DNA of 64,000 bases from Nitrosopumilus sp. (GTDB lineage: Archaea > Thermoproteota > Nitrososphaeria > Nitrososphaerales > Nitrosopumilaceae), in assembly GCA_965197525.1 (NCBI GenBank), contig OZ240211.1, positions 2,080,001 to 2,144,000 on the forward strand, given 5' to 3'. Shown here piece by piece: positions 62,610-64,000 of the stretch. The notes under the pieces are model-generated. The model saw only the letters and a program-made list of their open reading frames with translations, was not told where the DNA came from and did no database searches. The position numbers and the translations under genes are program-made. The stretch's first letter is position 1. Each line of letters begins with the position of its first letter.

Positions 62610-62687
62610 GTTCATCTTCTGACATATTTGTTTAATCTTATTAACCCTAGTTTAAACAACAAAACAAATCTAAGTATGAGTTAAACC
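62610..62687. repeat. Copy B of the 78-bp direct repeat
   Basis: Matches 60344-60421; lies 9 bp beyond the sufC stop. Confidence 0.97.
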
Positions 62688-62696
62688 GTGATGTAA

Positions 62697-63470
62697 TCAC
62701 ACCGTCTGCTGCTCTAAAGCCCACTCGTATCCTTCTTTCTCTAGTTTGTCAGCCAATGATGCATCCCCAGTCTTTAGCACCTTGCCTTGGGCAAACACAT
62801 GTACATAATCCAACCTGTCTAAAAATTTCAAAATCCTGGCATAATGCGTGATGATGATTACTATTGCATCCTTGTTTGAAACTTTGCTGATTGCTTGGGC
62901 AACTGCCTGAACTGCATCAATATCCAATCCTGAATCAGGTTCATCTAGTATGGAGATTTTGGGTTTTAACACTGCCATCTGTAACACTTCGGCACGTTTC
63001 TTCTCACCGCCTGAGAACCCCTCATTGAGATATCTTGACAAGAATTCCTCTTTTAATCCCACTTTCTCTAAATTTTCTTTGAGATACTTTTGAAACTCTC
63101 TTACTGTAATGAATACCTCCCTGTCATCTCCTTCTAGTGCCTTACTAAGAGAGTTATACGCTGTTCTCAGAAAATGAGAGAATCCTACTCCTGCAACCTC
63201 AGTAGGGTACTGAAACCCTAAAAATAATCCTTTTTTTGCCCTCTCATCTGCTGTTAACTCTAAAATGCTCTCTCCATCAAGTAAAATGTCTCCTTTGGTG
63301 ACTTGATATTTTGGATGTGCAAGCAAAGTATACGCTAATGTGCTCTTTCCTGAGCCATTTGGGCCCATAATTGCATGTACCTGTCCTGGTTCTGTCTTCA
63401 AATTGACTCCTTTGAGTATCTCCTTACCATCCCTTGTCACATAAAGGTCTCTGATCTCTAATACTGCCAT
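62697..63470 (-). CDS. sufC: Fe-S cluster assembly ATPase SufC
   Basis: GPNGSGKST, LGFQYP, LNEGFSGGEKKR and LDEPDSGLD motifs. Confidence 0.96.
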   Translation of the reverse strand: MAVLEIRDLYVTRDGKEILKGVNLKTEPGQVHAIMGPNGSGKSTLAYTLLAHPKYQVTKGDILLDGESILELTADERAKKGLFLGFQYPTEVAGVGFSHFLRTAYNSLSKALEGDDREVFITVREFQKYLKENLEKVGLKEEFLSRYLNEGFSGGEKKRAEVLQMAVLKPKISILDEPDSGLDIDAVQAVAQAISKVSNKDAIVIIITHYARILKFLDRLDYVHVFAQGKVLKTGDASLADKLEKEGYEWALEQQTV

Positions 63471-63573
63471 ATGCTGATCTTGATATGATTCTCTATATAA
63501 TACAGACGAAATTTAGCTGATCCTAACCGCATCTAATATAATTAAAAAAAGAAAGGGATTTTTAGAAATTCCT

Positions 63574-64000
63574 TTATAATTGATTGGTCAGAGATGGTCT
63601 TAATGTGATCTTTAGCTTGTAACATTGCAGTATCTCTTTGCATCTGTTCCTGATTGTAACTTCTGTAACCTTTGCAGTGCTTGAAATATCTCTCTGCATC
63701 ACGCTCTGTCCGAGTAGGACAGATGACATATACAGATATGCAGCAGCTAATCCGTTTGGTGCTTTTCCATCAGATACTCCACCTTCCTTTGTCTTGTCTG
63801 CAATCTCTAATGCAAGTCTCTCGATTCTTACATCAGTATCTGTCATGTTTGCTATCTTTGAGATGTATCTGTTCATGGTTACAACCGGAGCATGTAATAC
63901 CCCCATCTCCATAACCATGGTTCTGTAGTATCTTGCTGCAAGTTTTGTTTTTGTCTTGACATCTTTTGCAGGGCAAATCTCTTTGCAAATCTCTTCTAAT
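63574..64000 (-). CDS. tfb: Transcription initiation factor IIB (TFB), C-terminal part (5' end outside the window)
   Basis: Cyclin-fold C-terminus GKAPNGLAAAYLY...VTEVTIRNRCKEI; frame open to the right edge. Confidence 0.9.
   Translation of the reverse strand, partial: LEEICKEICPAKDVKTKTKLAARYYRTMVMEMGVLHAPVVTMNRYISKIANMTDTDVRIERLALEIADKTKEGGVSDGKAPNGLAAAYLYMSSVLLGQSVMQRDISSTAKVTEVTIRNRCKEILQCYKLKITLRPSLTNQL

Noticed and set aside
35305-63470. Recent 27-kb inversion separating sufC from sufB
   Set aside because: No matching breakpoint repeats were seen. From memory, sufC is also separate from sufBD and next to the cld-like and tfb genes in Nitrosopumilus, so the layout is probably ancestral.

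Overview
Archaeal chromosome segment whose gene content and protein style fit Nitrosopumilaceae (Nitrososphaerota/Thaumarchaeota). The giant repeat adhesin, IS fossils and microsatellites suggest a host-associated lineage, possibly a sponge symbiont, but this is inference. The housekeeping backbone comprises futalosine/menaquinone genes (ubiD/mqnL-like, mqnC), an archaeal shikimate cluster (aroA', aroB', aroD, aroE, aroK, EPSP synthase), tetrapyrrole genes (hemL, hemC, cobA, hemD, hemB, hemA, sirC, ahbAB-like, cld/chdC-like), SUF (sufB, sufD, Rieske, sufS, sufU, with a distant sufC), pgk, SSB, an intron-containing tRNA-Leu(CAA) and a partial TFB. Accessory inserts interrupt this backbone. (1) An 11.6-kb, GC-richer surface-protein gene (beta-propeller, DUF285/BspA-type and Ig-like repeats) has a G12 tract just after its first ATG and is flanked by ISH3, IS630 and IS5-like fossils. 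(2) Three unrelated AbiEi/AbiEii (type IV TA) modules are present; two carry tandem operator-like repeat arrays, and in the third the antitoxin-like domain is fused to a MORC/GHKL ATPase. (3) A TnpB 3'-end relic is bounded by a perfect 20-bp inverted repeat that abuts a truncated arsC. (4) An AT-rich two-gene orphan cassette is flanked by a 78-bp direct repeat of the cld promoter and start. The best candidates for an undescribed system are the MORC-AbiEi fusion plus AbiEii pair (52.7-55.8 kb) and the repeat-flanked orphan cassette (60.3-62.7 kb). All family assignments come from motif recognition by eye; no database searches were run.
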